A stretch of 64,000 nt of DNA from Euglena gracilis (taxonomy: Eukaryota). The number at the start of each line of letters is the position of its first letter. Position 1 is the stretch's first letter. The notes below the pieces were generated by a model. That model was not told the origin of the DNA. It worked only from the letters and a program-made list of their open reading frames with translations, and made no database searches. The position numbers and the translations under genes are program-made. Shown one piece after another: positions 22,101 through 34,799 of this stretch. The DNA lies in contig CP154954.1 in assembly GCA_039621445.1 (NCBI GenBank), positions 43,937,847 to 44,001,846 of the forward strand, written 5' to 3'.

Positions 22101-25047
22101 ATGACCACCCCCCCCGGTTGGAGGACACCTTTTCGGAGGTTTGACCAAATTTTTGGTCCCGGCGCAAAGCGCCGGGACGAAAAATTTTGCCCAAAAATTG
22201 GCCCAAAATTTGGCCAAAATGCCATTTTTGACACTTTTTGGACAAGAATTTGTCAAAATTGCCCAAAATTTTCGGCGCGAAGCGCCGGAAGGGAAAATTG
22301 GGGCATTTTTGGGTGGGTAGGGACCCGGGTGCCCACCAACTTTTTTTTGACCCCATGTCCAACGACCACCCCCCCGGTCAGAGGACACCTTTTTGGTCAC
22401 TACCCTATGTCCAACGACCACCCCCCCGGTCGGAGGATAGAGGTTACTGGTCGTTGGACATAGGGGGGGGGGTAACTTTTTTTTGCCCTTTGAGTGCCTT
22501 GAGTGCGGGAAAGGCTTTCTTGCCATTTTGGAACCAGGCAAGGAGAGGGGTGTCGGGACACCTACTGCCAACATTTAAATCTGCCTCGCCACCATACCCT
22601 TCCGAGGGGGAGAAACCCCCCCCCTTACCACCCACCTCAAAATGGAAAGGCTTCCGATCCATCCTGGTGGGGTCAGGCGACAGGACTGGAGTGGCTTCCT
22701 CCCGTCCACAGAGCAGTCCCCCCTCTGGGCTGAGGTGGATGCGGCGGATGCGGATGCCGCCCAGCGGGGCGCGGTAGGCGACCGCCAGGGAGACGTCCTG
22801 GTAGTGGACCGCCAACCGCACTGGTTGGCCCCGCGCCAAAGCTCGGGAGTCCAAAACGAGCAGCGCACTTCAACCACGGCGATGTGAGGGTCCCCCGGGA
22901 AAACGGGCAGGGTGGCAGTAGGAGGATCCTTCGTTGAAGGAGTCTCTCGAGACTCCTTGAACGTGCTTGAACACATTCGAGGAGGCTCTCGGGCCTCCTC
23001 GAATGTCGTTCGAGCTCGTTCGAGCAGGCTCGAAAGTCTCCTCGAATGTCGTTCGAGGTGGTTCGAGGAGGCTGTTTAAGCCCGCCTGAGGGGGAGGGAA
23101 TGAAAACGTTTGAGGAGGCTCGAGATCGAACGTTTGAGCTCGAGCCTCCTCCTACGGAAACCGACCCCCGTGAAAACGTTTGAGCAGTTGCCCAGATGGC
23201 CCACTTGGTCAATTGTCATCCTTGTTCACACTTGAATACCTTCAGCACACATTAAAAGGAGGGGGCTGAAGTTTAGATTTGGGTTCAGTGCCGAGAGCAG
23301 CGACACAAAATTCGCACCTTTGGTTTTTCTTTGCTGCCCAGCATTCTTGGGGTTTCTTGGCATTGGTAATAATAAACATATGCAAAGGGGGGATCACAGC
23401 ACATCGTCCCAAAATATTCAACGGCAACACTTCTTCCTGCGCATTGATGACCCCCCATCAAGATTACACATTATTTGTTTATGAGCTTCAGAAAATGCTG
23501 AAAAAAAAGGGCACATAACAACTTAACCAAGGCGTGCCAGGCAAAAAAAATTCGGGATCACCCATCACTTGGTGCTGGGCGGAGTTTAATCCAGAAGTTG
23601 CCATGAGTTGATGATCTATGCTTCCAACCCATCATCAAACACTTCGCTAGGGACAATCGTCGTGTGTGCATGTGTGCGCGCACGCGTGTGTGCATGTGTG
23701 TGGGGGGGGGGGTAGGTGCGTGCGCGCGTGTGCGTGTGCATGTCCATGTTTTCTTCTCAAATCAATTAAACAACTTCACACCAAACGAATTTGGGGATAT
23801 CCTCTGCACACTCCTATGGTGACGTTCCAGGATTCCAGGCTGATCTGAGACTGGACTTGCTGAAACAAACTAACTCCTAAACGTTTTTGTTTTGGTGCTT
23901 TTCCTCAAAGGTTGAGACCTATGGAGAAATTGTTGCACAGGAATTATCAAGAATGTTGGTTTTGGTGCAAAGGACACTGACCCTCTCTCCAGGGTCAGGG
24001 GTTGCGACGTTTTGTTGCGACACAAACGAAGCCCGGGCTGAGCCATGGCGCGGATGGACCTTGAGGTCGACGTCCTCCGGGTCACCCCCGCTACTGCGGA
24101 TGGAGGAGCGCGGGGTGAGGGAGGCGCCGTCCGGGTCCCGGCCGCCCTTCTTCTTCCCCAGCTTGCTCCACCACGTCGGCTTCAGCTCGCAGTGGCGCAC
24201 CGGTCCCGCGAGGCACAGGGCCCCGGGGACCCCCTGGCTGGCCCCTGCCTGCCCCCCCCCTTCCGTGGAAGGAGCCCTGTCCTTCCGAGGATGGAAAGAC
24301 GGAGTTCAGCAGAAGTTCGGAAGACCTCCGAGCGTCCACGTCCGAGCTCGTGGGTTGGACCGTTCCATGCTCCGTGGTGTGAAATTCACAGATACGGAGC
24401 TCTGGTGAGTTTTGGCCGAAAGGGAACATATAAAAATGAATTTGGTGGGGTGGGTCCTTCGGGGATCCTCGAATTTCGTTTGAGGATGCTTGAGCTCGGA
24501 CGTTCAAGCTCGAGCATCCTCCTACAGCAACTACAGCAACTCTCCTGGGGACCTCCCACACGCAGGGGGGGGGGGGATGCGCTAGCCTGGCCCCAGAAAA
24601 AAATGCGCAAAAAATGAAAAAAAATGCGAAACATGCACGCAAAACGGCAGTGTGAAGGAAAAAGGCGCCACTCAAAAAAACCAGAATGAAACTGCAACAT
24701 ATAAAAAATGCGTAAGATGCAAAAAATGCGCGAAAAAAAATCAAAAAAGCGCAAAAATGCGCATTTTCCCAAAAATCCGGAAAATGAGCAAAAATGCGAA
24801 AAAATGCGAAACGCATTCCCCCCCCCCCTTGCACACGGCTCCACTGACGTGTGGCCACGGCTGGGGAGGGGGGACACTGCGTGATGTGTGTGTGCTGCAC
24901 GAGATCCCCTCAAGCCAGGGGGTCGGCAGGAATTCGTCGCTCTGGATGGGGCTGTCGGGTGGCTTCGCCCGCTTCTTCAGCTGCAGCTCCGCCACAGTCT
25001 GGAGTGTGTCCGAGGCAGGCCGGCCCATCCGGCGGTGCTGCGCGCGG
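16132..25047 (-). CDS. CEP19: CEP19-domain protein, 3' exons: ~24901-25047, ~24052-24210, 22731-~22831, 19034-19157, 18484-18631, 16380-16469, 16132-16221
   Basis: Spliced peptide PVRLAVHYQDVSLAVAYRAPLGGIRIRRIHLKRHLTPATGCGALAERL...DFNTIDEEQLKAVKAKMDLEFEKKRIKPGDPNWQYRVDMEVPSPTQASGWDDEED* matches the CEP19 pattern (DLNKLDD.EL...K..MD..FEKN...P.DP.F.YD..VEF...GWD). The joins keep frame. Confidence 0.82.
16222..16379 (-). other. Nonconventional intron (158 nt)
   Basis: ATC|GCCCAGGG...CCCCTGGAGGC|AAG: CAG at +4..+6 and CTG at -8..-6. Restores EKKRI-KPGDP. Confidence 0.85.
16470..18483 (-). other. Conventional GT-AG intron containing nested MITEs
   Basis: GAA|GTGGGT...GTCACAG|GAC, in frame. Confidence 0.7.
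17339..17559. mobile_element. TA-flanked MITE family with GGCAATTG/TGTCACCCC motifs (other copies 18059-18453, 25431-25614, ~53028-53505)
   Basis: TA-CCCG..CCCGGGCAATTG ... CAATTGCCCGGG..CGG-TA inverted ends, shared internal ccgtgctgcccaatttgtc. TA flanks suggest Tc1/mariner/pogo. Confidence 0.7.
18632..19033 (-). other. Nonconventional intron (402 nt)
   Basis: ATGCC|ACCCAGGAGGGCC...GGCCTCTCTGTCCCC|AAAG, in frame (MPKG). Confidence 0.8.
21240..21382 (+). repeat. 10-bp minisatellite (GGTGGGATCC)n; also at 20215-20256
   Basis: Directly visible tandem units. Confidence 0.85.
22061..22474. mobile_element. TA-flanked pogo-like MITE family (TGTCCAACGACC motif); other copies ~16525-17930, 44330-44934, ~54960-55610, 61185-61335
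   Basis: TA-C(n)-TATGTCCAACGACC ... GGTCGTTGGACATA-G(n)-TA inverted termini, with the motif reiterated subterminally. Confidence 0.72.
24563..24831. mobile_element. CAGGG-terminated MITE with a (TGCAAAAAA)-type core
   Basis: caggggg..gatgc / gcattcccc..ttg ends, flanked by duplicated cacacg. Confidence 0.6.
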
Positions 25048-26343
25048 GAAACTCAGTTGGGGGTGCAGCACTTCCATGTGGTGTGGTGTGGTGTGTGGTG
25101 CGTGTGTGTGTGTGTGTGTGTGTGTGCGTGTGTGCGTGTGTAGGGGGAAAGATAGGCGGGTGACTCGATTGTCAACCCGACAGGCGGATGGCATGGCGGG
25201 GGTGGGGGCCAAGGGGGTGACGGGCTGCAGTTGTGCTCGAATGAATGTTTGAAGGGGTAAGTAGCCTCTTCACCAAAACCATATCCAAGACAATCCAACC
25301 TCCCCCGGTCAGAGACACTATGCCATACGTCAGGGTATGCTTCGGTGTGTCCAACTTCAAAGTCAGCTCTTCCCAATGCAATCCGAACCAATCCCTGCTA
25401 CATCTCCCCGGTGTGGAGGAGGATCTTTGCTACCCGTCCCCCCCCCCCGGGCAATTGTCGCGTGACAAATTGGGCAGCACGGAGGGGGGTGACAATTTCC
25501 TGGGGTGACAATTTGGCCGGCACAGAGGGGGGTGACAATTGCCCGGGGGCGTCAATTGCCCGGGGGCGTCAATTTCCTGGGGGTGTCAATTTCCCGGGGG
25601 GGGGTGGGCGGGTAAGGGACCCGGGGTGGAGGATTTTTAGGGTTTGGGGGTTCAGCAGCAACCCACCAACCAGGCCACCCCACGGGGGGAGGGGGGGGGG
25701 GCTCGATGAGGTCATCTGGCTCCCAAAAAAATGGGGATACTACCGAAAGCATGGGGAAACCCCCCTGAAGGGAGGTTTTCCCAGTCCAACTGAACCCGCT
25801 CACCCCCCCCACGAGCCAAAAATCAGTCCTGGTGACCGCCGGGAAGAAAATTTTGCCCAACAAAAATCGGTTGAAAGTGCAATTTTGGTTCCTTTTAGGA
25901 CAAAATATTATCAAAATTGCAAAAAAAATTCGGCGTGAAGCGCAGGAGGGGAAAAAATCACCTCCAGGGTCCAGGTGCCCCGGAATCAATCCGGAGCCCT
26001 CTTGGCAGGTTGGGGGCTGGGCTGGGCCAGGCATTATTTTTAAGGTGCTTTAAAAAAGAACCTAAAATCCCTAGAAGAAAACGCCTTAAAATTTTCGGCC
26101 AGAGTTCCTGGGATAAAATCCCATTTAAAACCTTCAAAAAATCTCGAAAAATTTCTGGCGGGACCCACTTTTGGGAGGTCAATTTGACCCACTTTTGGGA
26201 GGTTAATTTTGGGGTCAAAAAAATTCGGCGCTTCGCAGCGAAAAAAAGCGAAAATGACCAAAGCCGCGCCTTTGCGGGGGACCCACAAGACCTTGGGGGG
26301 TGCAGGGGGAGGGGATCCAATGGACCCCCCCCAGGGGTCCAAA

Positions 26344-26344
<1 letters not shown>

Positions 26345-26397
<53 letters not shown>

Positions 26398-26451
26398 TAA
26401 TAATAATAATAATAATAATAACAACAACAATAATAATAATAACAACAACAC

Positions 26452-26490
<39 letters not shown>

Positions 26491-26625
26491 GAATAATAAT
26501 AAGAATAATAATAATAATAAGAATAATAATAATAATAAATAATAAGAATAATAATAATAATAATAATAATAAATAATAATAATAATAATAATAATAATAT
26601 AATAATAATAGTAATAATGATGATG

Positions 26626-26665
<40 letters not shown>

Positions 26666-26720
26666 CAATAATAATAATAATAACAATATTAATAATAATA
26701 ATAACAATGACAACAACAAC

Positions 26721-26765
<45 letters not shown>

Positions 26766-26795
26766 TAATAATAATAAATAATAATAATAATAATA
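26345..26795 (+). repeat. (AAT)n microsatellite; further tracts at 33115-33240 and 34637-34812, the last grading into (GAT)n
   Basis: Directly visible. Confidence 0.95.
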
Positions 26796-29700
26796 TGCCA
26801 TACGGCAGTCAGTATTTCTGTTAAAACAGAAATGAAGGGGTACGCTTATTATTTCTATTCGAGGGCCGTCCAGGAGATGTTGTACCCCAGGGTCCTTCTT
26901 GGCTGACCCATCCGTTTTGGGTAATTCTCATAAAATCGATTTTTTTCAAGGCCAAAAAACGGCCAAATCCTGTGGGAACCCCTTTTTGCCACCCCCGTAC
27001 GGGCCCCAGAACGGTCCGGAGGGGCCGGGGGTATGTGGGGTGTATACAGGCCACTTGGGGGTCCCCCATGGTTGGTTTGGGTCCCCGGGTGGGTCCGTGC
27101 AGTTCCCCATCCGTTTTGGGTAATTTTCAAAAAATCGATTTTTTGGCCCCGGCAAGGCTGAAAAACGGCCAAATCCTGTGGGAACCCCTTTTTGCCACCC
27201 CCGTACGGGCCCCAGAACGGTCCGGAGGGGCCGGGGGTATGTGGGGTGTATACAGGCCACTTGGGGGTCCCCCATGGTTGGTTTGGGTCCCCGGGTGGGT
27301 CCGTGCAGTTCCCCATCCGTTTTGGGTAATTTTCAAAAAATCGATTTTTTTGGCCCCCGCAAGGCTAAAAAACGGCCAAATCCTGTGGGAACCCCTTTTT
27401 GCCACCCCCGTACGGGCCCCAGAACGGTCCGGAGGGGCCGGGGGTATGTGGGGTGTATACAGGCCACTTGGGGGTCCCCCATGGTTGGTTTGGGTCCCCG
27501 GGTGGGTCCGTGCAGTTCCCCATCCGTTTTGGGTAATTTTCAAAAAATCGATTTTTTGGCCCCGCAACGCGGAAAAACGGGCAAATCCTGTGGGAACCCC
27601 TTTTTGCCACCCCCGTACGGGCCCCAGAACGGTCCGGAGGGGCCGGGGGTATGTGGGGTGTATACAGGCCACTTGGGGGTCCCCCATGGTTGGTTTGGGT
27701 CCCCGGGTGGGTCCGTGCAGTTCCCCATCCGTTTTGGGTAATTTTCAAAAAATAGATTTTAAGACCCCCACAAGGCTAAAAAACGGCTAAGTCCTGTGGG
27801 AACCCCTTTTTGCCACCCCCGTACGGGCCCCAGAACGGTCCGGAGGGGCCGGGGGTATGTGGGGTGTATACAGGCCACTTGGGGGTCCCCCATGGTTGGT
27901 TTGGGTCCCCGGGTGGGTCCGTGCAGTTCCCCATCCTTTTTGGGTAATTTTCAAAAAATCGATTTTTTGGCCCCCGCAAGGCTGAAAAACGGCCAAATCC
28001 TGTGGGAACCCCTTTTTGCCACCCCCGTACGGGCCCCAGAACGGTCCGGAGGGGCCGGGGGTATGTGGGGTGTATACAGGCCACTTGGGGGTCCCCCATG
28101 GTTGGTTTGGGTCCCCGGGTGGGTCCGTGCAGTTCCCCATCCTTTTTGGGTAATTTTCAAAAAATCGATTTTTTGGCCCCGGCAAGGCTGAAAAACGACT
28201 AAGTCCTGTGGGAACCCCTTTTTGCCACCCCCGTACGGGCCCCAGAACGGTCCGGAGGGGCCGGGGGTATGTGGGGTGTATACAGGCCACTTGGGGGTCC
28301 CCCATGGTTGGTTTGGGTCCCCGGGTGGGTCCGTGCAGTTCCCCATCCGTTTTGGGTAATTTTCAAAAAATCGATTTTTTGGCCCCCACAAGGCTAAAAA
28401 ACGGCTAAGTCCTGTGGGAACCCCTTTTTGCCACCCCCGTACGGGCCCCAGAACGGTCCGGAGGGGCCGGGGGTATGTGGGGTGTATACAGGCCACTTGG
28501 GGGTCCCCCATGGTTGGTTTGGGTCCCCGGGTGGGTCCGTGCAGTTCCCCATCCGTTTTGGGTAATTTTCAAAAAATCGATTTTTTGGCCCCGGCAAGGC
28601 TGAAAAACGGCTAAGTCCTGTGGGAACCCCTTTTTGCCACCCCCGTACGGGCCCCAAAACGGTCCGGAGGGGCCGGGGGTATGTGGGGTGTATACAGGCC
28701 ACTTGGGGGTCCCCCATGGTTGGTTTGGGTCCCCGGGTGGGTCCGTGCAGTTCCCCATCCGTTTTGGGTAATTTTCAAAAAATCGATTTTTTGGCCCCGG
28801 CAAGGCTGAAAAACGGCTAAGTCCTGTGGGAACCCCTTTTTGCCACCCCCGTACGGGCCCCAAAACGGTCCGGAGGGGCCGGGGGTATGTGGGGTGTATA
28901 CAGGCCACTTGGGGGTCCCCCATGGTTGGTTTGGGTCCCCGGGTGGGTCCGTGCAGTTCCCCATCCGTTTTGGGTAATTTTCAAAAAATCGATTTTTTGG
29001 CCCCGGCAAGGCTGAAAAACGGCTAAGTCCTGTGGGAACCCCTTTTTGCCACCCCCGTACGGGCCCCAAAACGGTCCGGAGGGGCCGGGGGTATGTGGGG
29101 TGTATACAGGCCACTTGGGGGTCCCCCATGGTTGGTTTGGGTCCCCGGGTGGGTCCGTGCAGTTCCCCATCCGTTTTGGGTAATTTTCAAAAAATCGATT
29201 TTTTGGCCCCGGCAAGGCTGAAAAACGGCTAAGTCCTGTGGGAACCCCTTTTTGCCACCCCCGTACGGGCCCCAAAACGGTCCGGAGGGGCCGGGGGTAT
29301 GTGGGGTGTATACAGGCCACTTGGGGGTCCCCCATGGTTGGTTTGGGTCCCCGGGTGGGTCCGTGCAGTTCCCCATCCGTTTTGGGTAATTTTCAAAAAA
29401 TCGATTTTTTGGCCCCGGCAAGGCTGAAAAACGGCTAAGTCCTGTGGGAACCCCTTTTTGCCACCCCCGTACGGGCCCCAAAACGGTCCGGAGGGGCCGG
29501 GGGTATGTGGGGTGTATACAGGCCACTTGGGGGTCCCCCATGGTTGGTTTGGGTCCCCGGGTGGGTCCGTGCAGTTCCCCATCCTTTTTGGGTAATTTTC
29601 AAAAAATCGATTTTTTGGCCCCGGCAAGGCTGAAAAACGGCTAAGTCCTGTGGGAACCCCTTTTTGCCACCCCCGTACGGGCCCCAAAACGGTCCGGAGG

Positions 29701-32700
29701 GGCCGGGGGTATGTGGGGTGTATACAGGCCACTTGGGGGTCCCCCATGGTTGGTTTGGGTCCCCGGGTGGGTCCGTGCAGTTCCCCATCCGTTTTGGGTA
29801 ATTTTCAAAAAATCGATTTTTTGGCCCCGGCAAGGCTGAAAAACGGCTAAGTCCTGTGGGAACCCCTTTTTGCCACCCCCGTACGGGCCCCAGAACGGTC
29901 CGGAGGGGCCGGGGGTATGTGGGGTGTATACAGGCCACTTGGGGGTCCCCCATGGTTGGTTTGGGTCCCCGGGTGGGTCCGTGCAGTTCCCCATCCGTTT
30001 TGGGTAATTTTCAAAAAATCGATTTTTTGGCCCCGCAAGGCTGAAAAACGGCTAAGTCCTGTGGGAACCCCTTTTTGCCACCCCCGTACGGGCCCCAAAA
30101 CGGTCCGGAGGGGCCGGGGGGATGTGGGGTGTATACAGGCCACTTGGGGGTCCCCCATGGTTGGTTTGGGTCCCCGGGTGGGTCCGTGCAGTTCCCCATC
30201 CGTTTTGGGTAATTTTCAAAAAATCGATTTTTTGGCCCCGGCAAGGCTGAAAAACGGCTAAGTCCTGTGGGAACCCCTTTTTGCCACCCCCGTACGGGCC
30301 CCAGAACGGTCCGGAGGGGCCGGGGGTATGTGGGGTGTATACAGGCCACTTGGGGGTCCCCCATGGTTGGTTTGGGTCCCCGGGTGGGTCCGTGCAGTTC
30401 CCCATCCGTTTTGGGTAATTTTCAAAAAATCGATTTTTTGGCCCCGGCAAGGCTGAAAAACGGCTAAGTCCTGTGGGAACCCCTTTTTGCCACCCCCGTA
30501 CGGGCCCCAGAACGGTCCGGAGGGGCCGGGGGTATGTGGGGTGTATACAGGCCACTTGGGGGTCCCCCATGGTTGGTTTGGGTCCCCGGGTGGGTCCGTG
30601 CAGTTCCCCATCCGTTTTGGGTAATTTTCAAAAAATCGATTTTTTGGCCCCGCAAGGCTGAAAAACGGCTAAGTCCTGTGGGAACCCCTTTTTGCCACCC
30701 CCGTACGGGCCCCAGAACGGTCCGGAGGGGCCGGGGGTATGTGGGGTGTATACAGGCCACTTGGGGGTCCCCCATGGTTGGTTTGGGTCCCCGGGTGGGT
30801 CCGTGCAGTTCCCCATCCGTTTTGGGTAATTTTCAAAAAATCGATTTTTTGGCCCCCGGCAAGGCTGAAAAACGGCTAAGTCCTGTGGGAACCCCTTTTT
30901 GCCACCCCCGTACGGGCCCCAGAACGGTCCGGAGGGGCCGGGGGTATGTGGGGTGTATACAGGCCACTTGGGGGTCCCCCATGGTTGGTTTGGGTCCCCG
31001 GGTGGGTCCGTGCAGTTCCCCATCCGTTTTGGGTAATTTTCAAAAAATCGATTTTTTGGCCCCGCAAGGCTGAAAAACGGCTAAGTCCTGTGGGAACCCC
31101 TTTTTGCCACCCCCGTACGGGCCCCAGAACGGTCCGGAGGGGCCGGGGGTATGTGGGGTGTATACAGGCCACTTGGGGGTCCCCCATGGTTGGTTTGGGT
31201 CCCCGGGTGGGTCCGTGCAGTTCCCCATCCGTTTTGGGTAATTTTCAAAAAATCGATTTTTTGGCCCCCGCAAGGCTGAAAAACGGCTAAGTCCTGTGGG
31301 AACCCCTTTTTGCCACCCCCGTACGGGCCCCAGAACGGTCCGGAGGGGCCGGGGGTATGTGGGGTGTATACAGGCCACTTGGGGGTCCCCCATGGTTGGT
31401 TTGGGTCCCCGGGTGGGTCCGTGCAGTTCCCCATCCGTTTTGGGTAATTTTCAAAAAATCGATTTTTTGGCCCCGGCAAGGCTGAAAAACGGCTAAGTCC
31501 TGTGGGAACCCCTTTTTGCCACCCCCGTACGGGCCCCAAAACGGTCCGGAGGGGCCGGGGGTATGTGGGGTGTATACAGGCCACTTGGGGGTCCCCCATG
31601 GTTGGTTTGGGTCCCCGGGTGGGTCCGTGCAGTTCCCCATCCGTTTTGGGTAATTTTCAAAAAATCGATTTTTTGGCCCCGGCAAGGCTGAAAAACGGCT
31701 AAGTCCTGTGGGAACCCCTTTTTGCCACCCCCGTACGGGCCCCAGAACGGTCCGGAGGGGCCGGGGGTATGTGGGGTGTATACAGGCCACTTGGGGGTCC
31801 CCCATGGTTGGTTTGGGTCCCCGGGTGGGTCCGTGCAGTTCCCCATCCGTTTTGGGTAATTTTCAAAAAATCGATTTTTTGGCCCCGGCAAGGCTGAAAA
31901 ACGGCTAAGTCCTGTGGGAACCCCTTTTTGCCACCCCGTACGGGCCCCAGAACGGTCCGGAGGGGCCGGGGGTATGTGGGGTGTATACAGGCCACTTGGG
32001 GGTCCCCCATGGTTGGTTTGGGTCCCCGGGTGGGTCCGTGCAGTTCCCCATCCGTTTTGGGTAATTTTCAAAAAATCGATTTTTTGGCCCCGGCAAGGCT
32101 GAAAAAAGGGTTAAGTCTTGTGGGAACCCCTTTTTGCCACCCCCGTACGGGCCCCAGAACGGTCCGGAGGGGCCGGGGGTATGTGGGGTGTATACAGGCC
32201 ACTTGGGGGTCCCCCATGGTTGGTTTGGGTCCCCGGGTGGGTCCGTGCAGTTCCCCATCCGTTTTGGGTAATTTTCAAAAAATCGATTTTTTGGCCCCCG
32301 CAAGGCTGAAAAACGGCTAAGTCCTGTGGGAACCCCTTTTTGCCACCCCCGTACGGGCCCCAGAACGGTCCGGAGGGGCCGGGGGTATGTGGGGTGTATA
32401 CAGGCCACTTGGGGGTCCCCCATGGTTGGTTTGGGTCCCCGGGTGGGTCCGTGCAGTTCCCCATCCGTTTTGGGTAATTTTCAAAAAATCGATTTTTTGG
32501 CCCCCGCAAGGCTGAAAAACGGCTAAGTCCTGTGGGAACCCCTTTTTGCCACCCCCGTACGGGCCCCAGAACGGTCCGGAGGGGCCGGGGGTATGTGGGG
32601 TGTATACAGGCCACTTGGGGGTCCCCCATGGTTGGTTTGGGTCCCCGGGTGGGTCCGTGCAGTTCCCCATCCGTTTTGGGTAATTTTCAAAAAATCGATT

Positions 32701-33112
32701 TTTGGACCCTTTACACATGGGCTGCACGGCCCCGAAAACGCTTAAGTCGACAAATTTGGGGTCCGACCCCCAGTTGCACCCACCTACGTGCAGTCGCGAC
32801 CCACGACCCATGCCATACAATGGGGGGACCCCATGTACTTGGGAGACTTTTACATCAGATCGGGTCGACCGACTGTCATATCCCGGGAAAACTCTTTATT
32901 ATTATTTGTAGTAGTAGTAGTAGTAGTAGTACTTAGGAGTCCCCTATTTTTGGCCCGTGGCGGCTCCTACCGGGTCGGTCGGACCGAAACTCCGACACCT
33001 ACCCCCCCGTTTGGGGTCTGGCCACTCTCAATGCACCAGGTCCCGAACCCTGGCGGAACAGCGTACCTATACCTACTGGGGTGAACCACCCCCCGAATAG
33101 AAATAATAAGCG

Positions 33113-33114
<2 letters not shown>
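26796..33114 (-). mobile_element. Non-autonomous Helentron/DINE-1-like element, copy 1
   Basis: 21-bp inverted repeat, terminal at 33094-33114 and subterminal at 26841-26861. End hairpins ATTTCTGTT-AA-AACAGAAAT (26814-26833) and TGCC-ATAC-GGCA. Internal (TAG)n and central tandem repeats. Confidence 0.7.
26908..32704 (+). repeat. Tandem array of a ~206-bp unit, ~28 near-identical copies
   Basis: Unit ccatccgttttgggtaattttcaaaaaatcgatttttt...gggtccgtgcagttcc. ORF track recurs every 205-207 bp. Confidence 0.97.
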
Positions 33115-33176
<62 letters not shown>

Positions 33177-33199
33177 GTAATAATGATGATGATGATAAC

Positions 33200-33240
<41 letters not shown>

Positions 33241-33243
33241 GTG

Positions 33244-34634
33244 TGCCATACGGCAGTCAGTATTTCTGCTAAAACAGAAATGAATGGGTACGCTTATTAT
33301 TTCTATTCGAGGGCCGTCCAGGAGATGTTGTACCCCAGGGTCCTTCTTGGCTGACCCATCCGTTTTTGGGTAATTTTCAAAAAATCGATTTTTTGGCCCC
33401 CGCAAGGCTGAAAAACGGCTAAGTCCTGTGGGAACCCCTTTTTGCCACCCCCGTACGGGCCCCAGAACGGTCCGGAGGGGCCGGGGGTATGTGGGGTGTA
33501 TACAGGCCACTTGGGGGTCCCCCATGGTTGGTTTGGGTCCCCGGGTGGGTCCGTACAGTTCCCCATCCGTTTTGGGTAATTTTCAAAAAAAGCGATTTTT
33601 TGGCCCCCGCAAGGCTGAAAAACGGCTAAGTCCTGTGGGAACCCCTTTTTGCCACCCCCGTACGGGCCCCAAAACGGTCCGGAGGGGCCGGGGGTATGTG
33701 GGGTGTATACAGGCCACTTGGGGGTCCCCCATGGTTGGTTTGGGTCCCCGGGTGGGTCCGTACAGTTCCCCATCCGTTTTGGGTAATTTTCAAAAAATCG
33801 ATTTTTTGGCCCCCGCAAGGCTGAAAAACGGCTAAGTCCTGTGGGAACCCCTTTTTGCCACCCCCGTACGGGCCCCAGAACGGTCCGGAGGGGCCGGGGG
33901 TATGTGGGGTGTATACAGGCCACTTGGGGGTCCCCCATGGTTGGTTTGGGTCCCCGGGTGGGTCCGTACAGTTCCCCATCCGTTTTGGGTAATTTTCAAA
34001 AAATCGATTTTTTGGCCCCCGCAAGGCTGAAAAACGGCTAAGTCCTGTGGGAACCCCTTTTTGCCACCCCCGTACGGGCCCCAGAACGGTCCGGAGGGGC
34101 CGGGGGTATGTGGGGTGTATACAGGCCACTTGGGGGTCCCCCATGGTTGGTTTGGGTCCCCGGGTGGGTCCGTGCAGTTCCCCATCCGTTTTGGGTAATT
34201 TTCAAAAAATCGATTTTGGACACTTTACACATGGGCTGCACGGCCCCGAAAACGCTTTAGTCGACAAATTTGGGGTCCGACCCCCAGTTGCACCCACCTA
34301 CGTGTGCAGTCGCGACCCGGGACCCATGCCATACAACGGGGGGACCCCCTGTCCTTGGGAGACTTTTACATCAGATCGGGTCGACCGACTGTCATATCCC
34401 GGGAAAACTCTTTATTATTATTTGTAGTAGTAGTAGTAGTAGTAGTAGTAGTACTTAGGAGTCCCCTATTTTTGGCCCGTGGCGGCTCCTACCGGGTCGG
34501 TCGGACCGAAACTCCGACACCTACCCCCCCGTTTGGGGTCTGGCCACTCTCAATGCACCAGGTCCCGAACCCTGGTGGAACAGCGTACCTATACCTACTG
34601 GGGTGAACCACCCCCCGAATAGAAATAATAAGCG

Positions 34635-34636
<2 letters not shown>
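33244..34636 (-). mobile_element. Non-autonomous Helentron/DINE-1-like element, copy 2 (~4 central repeats)
   Basis: Same ends and hairpins. Inverted repeats at 33289-33309 and 34616-34636; 206-bp units at ~33355-34218. Confidence 0.7.
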
Positions 34637-34690
<54 letters not shown>

Positions 34691-34713
34691 TAATAATAAT
34701 AATAACAAAAATA

Positions 34714-34799
<86 letters not shown>

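Larger units (their letters stand above)
19158..22730 (-). other. Nonconventional intron (~3.6 kb)
   Basis: CTCA|GCCCAGAG...CTCTGCGGGC|AGCGG, in frame (HLKRHL). Confidence 0.8.

Noticed and set aside
16222-22730. Residual 8-bp TSDs at the CEP19 nonconventional intron borders
   Set aside because: Checked by hand (GCATCGCC vs GAGGCAAG; ATGCCACC vs TCCCCAAA; CCTCAGCC vs CGGGCAGC): no convincing match, so these introns give no direct support for a transposon origin.
25917-26801. Long poly-I/L/Y/N ORFs, and likewise the MYVC/HTYI ORFs at 43.3-44.4 kb and RACV/THAR ORFs at 56.2-57 kb
   Set aside because: They are translations of microsatellites.
26908-34218. 206-bp array as a CRISPR array or repeat-protein gene
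   Set aside because: There are no unique spacers or cas genes. The unit length is not a multiple of 3 and indels shift frames, so the ORFs are artefacts of the repeat.
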